A stretch of 64,000 nucleotides of DNA from Eledone cirrhosa (lineage: Eukaryota), in assembly GCA_964016885.1 (NCBI GenBank), contig OZ024741.1, positions 348,316,001 to 348,380,000 of the forward strand, given 5' to 3'. Below, piece after piece: positions 61,683 to 64,000 of the stretch. A model generated the notes under the pieces. It was not told the DNA's origin, made no database searches, and saw only the letters and a program-made list of their open reading frames with translations. The stretch's first letter is position 1. Each line of letters starts with the position of its first letter. The position numbers were made by a program, and so were the translations under genes.

Positions 61683-64000
61683 GACAGATATCCAAGGGTC
61701 ATGGCCTCAACTGAAGTGAATTACTTTTCATCTTAACATCATATGAAAAAAACAATTTGATTGGTTAGTTCTTCAACTTCCTCCAAATAAGGACAAGATA
61801 CTAACATACTACTAATTCTGAATAAAATGATTATTGCTTTTGAAAACAGCTGGTGATATGCATGTAAGTAAATATTCTCTTTATCTGATAATTTGTAACT
61901 AACCTTACATAGATCAATAACGAAGTATAGCTACAATGTATTATCATCACCTAGAAACGATTGTAAAGCAGTGAATTATATCTCTAATGACTTGATTTTT
62001 TATTTCATTGTTTTAACTTATATATATTTATATATAATTTTGTATATATTTGGAGGATCATGGTGTCCAAACAAATGCACACGCATCTGTGGGTTTCACT
62101 TCAGTTTATTATTATAATTTCACAGTTGGTTAGGTTAATAACTGGAAAAACAAACAGTCTGTAAATTACAATGATGTTTGTTTATTTAATTATCTAATGA
62201 ATTTAAACATCCGTATAGTCATGTAAAAATAGGAGAAGTATCGCATACTTCTCACCGATTGCAATTAAAAAGATCTAGTGAGAAAAGTAATAAAACATGA
62301 AAAGGGAAAAGAAAATAGAAACAAAAATACAATTTCAAATATTGGAGGTCATGGGAGGCAAATTAATGAACATAGAAAACAAGGGATGCTGTAAAATAGA
62401 TAGTAGTTTCTCTTGTTCAATCTTTTCGTAGCGTATTCGAAGCTATTGTTTATATTTGGATGTCCTTTACCCATACATTGAACTTCCAATATTAGTAGTT
62501 TTTAAAATATTGGTTTCCCCATAGCCCCTCTCTCAGACTGATAATTTCTACATTAGAACAAAACGTGCCAAACAGTTTCCGGAGGGTCATCACAAGAACA
62601 TAGAGGCGAATCTCAACGACATGTTCTTGAAAGAATGTAAATCAAAGATATATGTCCTGTTCGGAGCCAGTATATATATATATATATTTATTTTCATTTC
62701 GCAATGATTGATAGATTTTGAATGTTGTCAAATATGGAGCAGAAAGTGGGGGATTCAAATTTGTGAGCTTATCTCTGGATTCTTCACAAAATGTGCCTCA
62801 CCCTTGACTAAATATAAATTTCTTAAACGATTTTAAGTGCAAAATATTTGGGATGTAGGATATATCTATTATTTGCCTTTGCACTCCCTTTTTGCTAATT
62901 CTAAGCTTTCTTACTTCCTTTAATATCTGTATGGCTCGGTATCCCGATCAATTTTTTTATTTTTATATTTTCTGAGAGATAGTTATCTACTTTTAGAAGA
63001 GCATTCTCAATATCACTATCCCGACCCCCTTTTCTTGACTGAAGCAGTTCTATGTTCGATTGACTTTCAGTATATAGAAAACTATTTTACCAGGGCAGTT
63101 GCTCAGCTGAATTGATGGATAATGTAATTCCCTACTATTCTGCATCAAATATAGTTCTTACCTCTATAATTATGTTTGAAAGTCCAAGTAGCTCCACAAC
63201 CCAATCCCATGTCTGAATGTGTTCCATCTGTGTAGCAGACCCAGCTGTTAAAGAGATTGACTGTGTGATAGTATTATGGAGTTCTTTTGATTCTTCTTTT
63301 GTGTTTTTATCATTATATTAAACGATTTTACTTGTTCTACCCATGGGGAAAACCCGCTCTCATGCTAGTTTTTTTATTTATCTATTTTTTTTTTTTCATG
63401 TAAACTGAATAGTTATAAATTTACGTTTCCTGGACAATTAAATTATGGTTAACCAAGCTTCATGAAAAATCGCTATCTTGTGAGTAGATATTAACATATA
63501 ATTTTTCTAATTTGGGGACGGAATCGATCAATAGCTTGTTAACCCCCAAAGCCAGCTGCCATACAACAAGTGAGTGTTCATGACTCCCTTATTACACAGT
63601 CTCTAAATTAAAATTACTTTAACTGCATGCCATGTTGAAACTATTTTTTTCAGTGTGTGTTTGAGATGATTTTTCCATTTCAAGTCAGATTGTAAACAAA
63701 TACCTTATATCGTGATGGATTTTTTTGGTATCAGTAGTTGGTTCATCAAGTATATTTCATCGCATTGGTAATTGATGGGCTCGGGAATCTGGAAATAAGC
63801 CAGTATTGTTTTAGAGGGATAACATTGTTGGCCATTTTCTGTTGTCCATTCAGTTGCAGTTGAAAGTGCTCTGCATAATTTGTATATTTTGTTGTTGATG
63901 ATACTAGATGAAATATATAAGTTGATGTCATCTTCAAAACTTCTATTTTATTTAGAGATGTAAGCAAGTCTGAAACATAATGGTTGAGACTGGTTCTTTT

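Overview
This is AT-rich animal non-coding DNA saturated with (TA)n, (CA)n, (TACA)n, (GA)n and (TAG)n microsatellites. The repeat content suggests a cephalopod (octopus-like) genome, which is an inference. I recognise no host protein-coding exon; most ORFs in the track are microsatellite read-through. The real coding remnants are decayed retroelements: Penelope-like elements (three Neptune-like copies, two Naiad-like copies), RTE-type LINEs and a CRE-like fragment. There are also about eight copies of a tRNA-derived SINE and a non-autonomous Helitron. Two things stand out. (1) About 18 type I hammerhead ribozyme (HHR) motifs from many unrelated families sit in fold-back or inverted-repeat mini-elements inserted in (TA)n, and in three families the fold-back axis lies in ribozyme stem II. 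(2) A 120-nt stretch of LINE reverse transcriptase (40751-40870) carries clustered A-to-G changes that look like ADAR hyper-editing fixed in the DNA. All coordinates and pairings were read by eye and may be off by a few bases.
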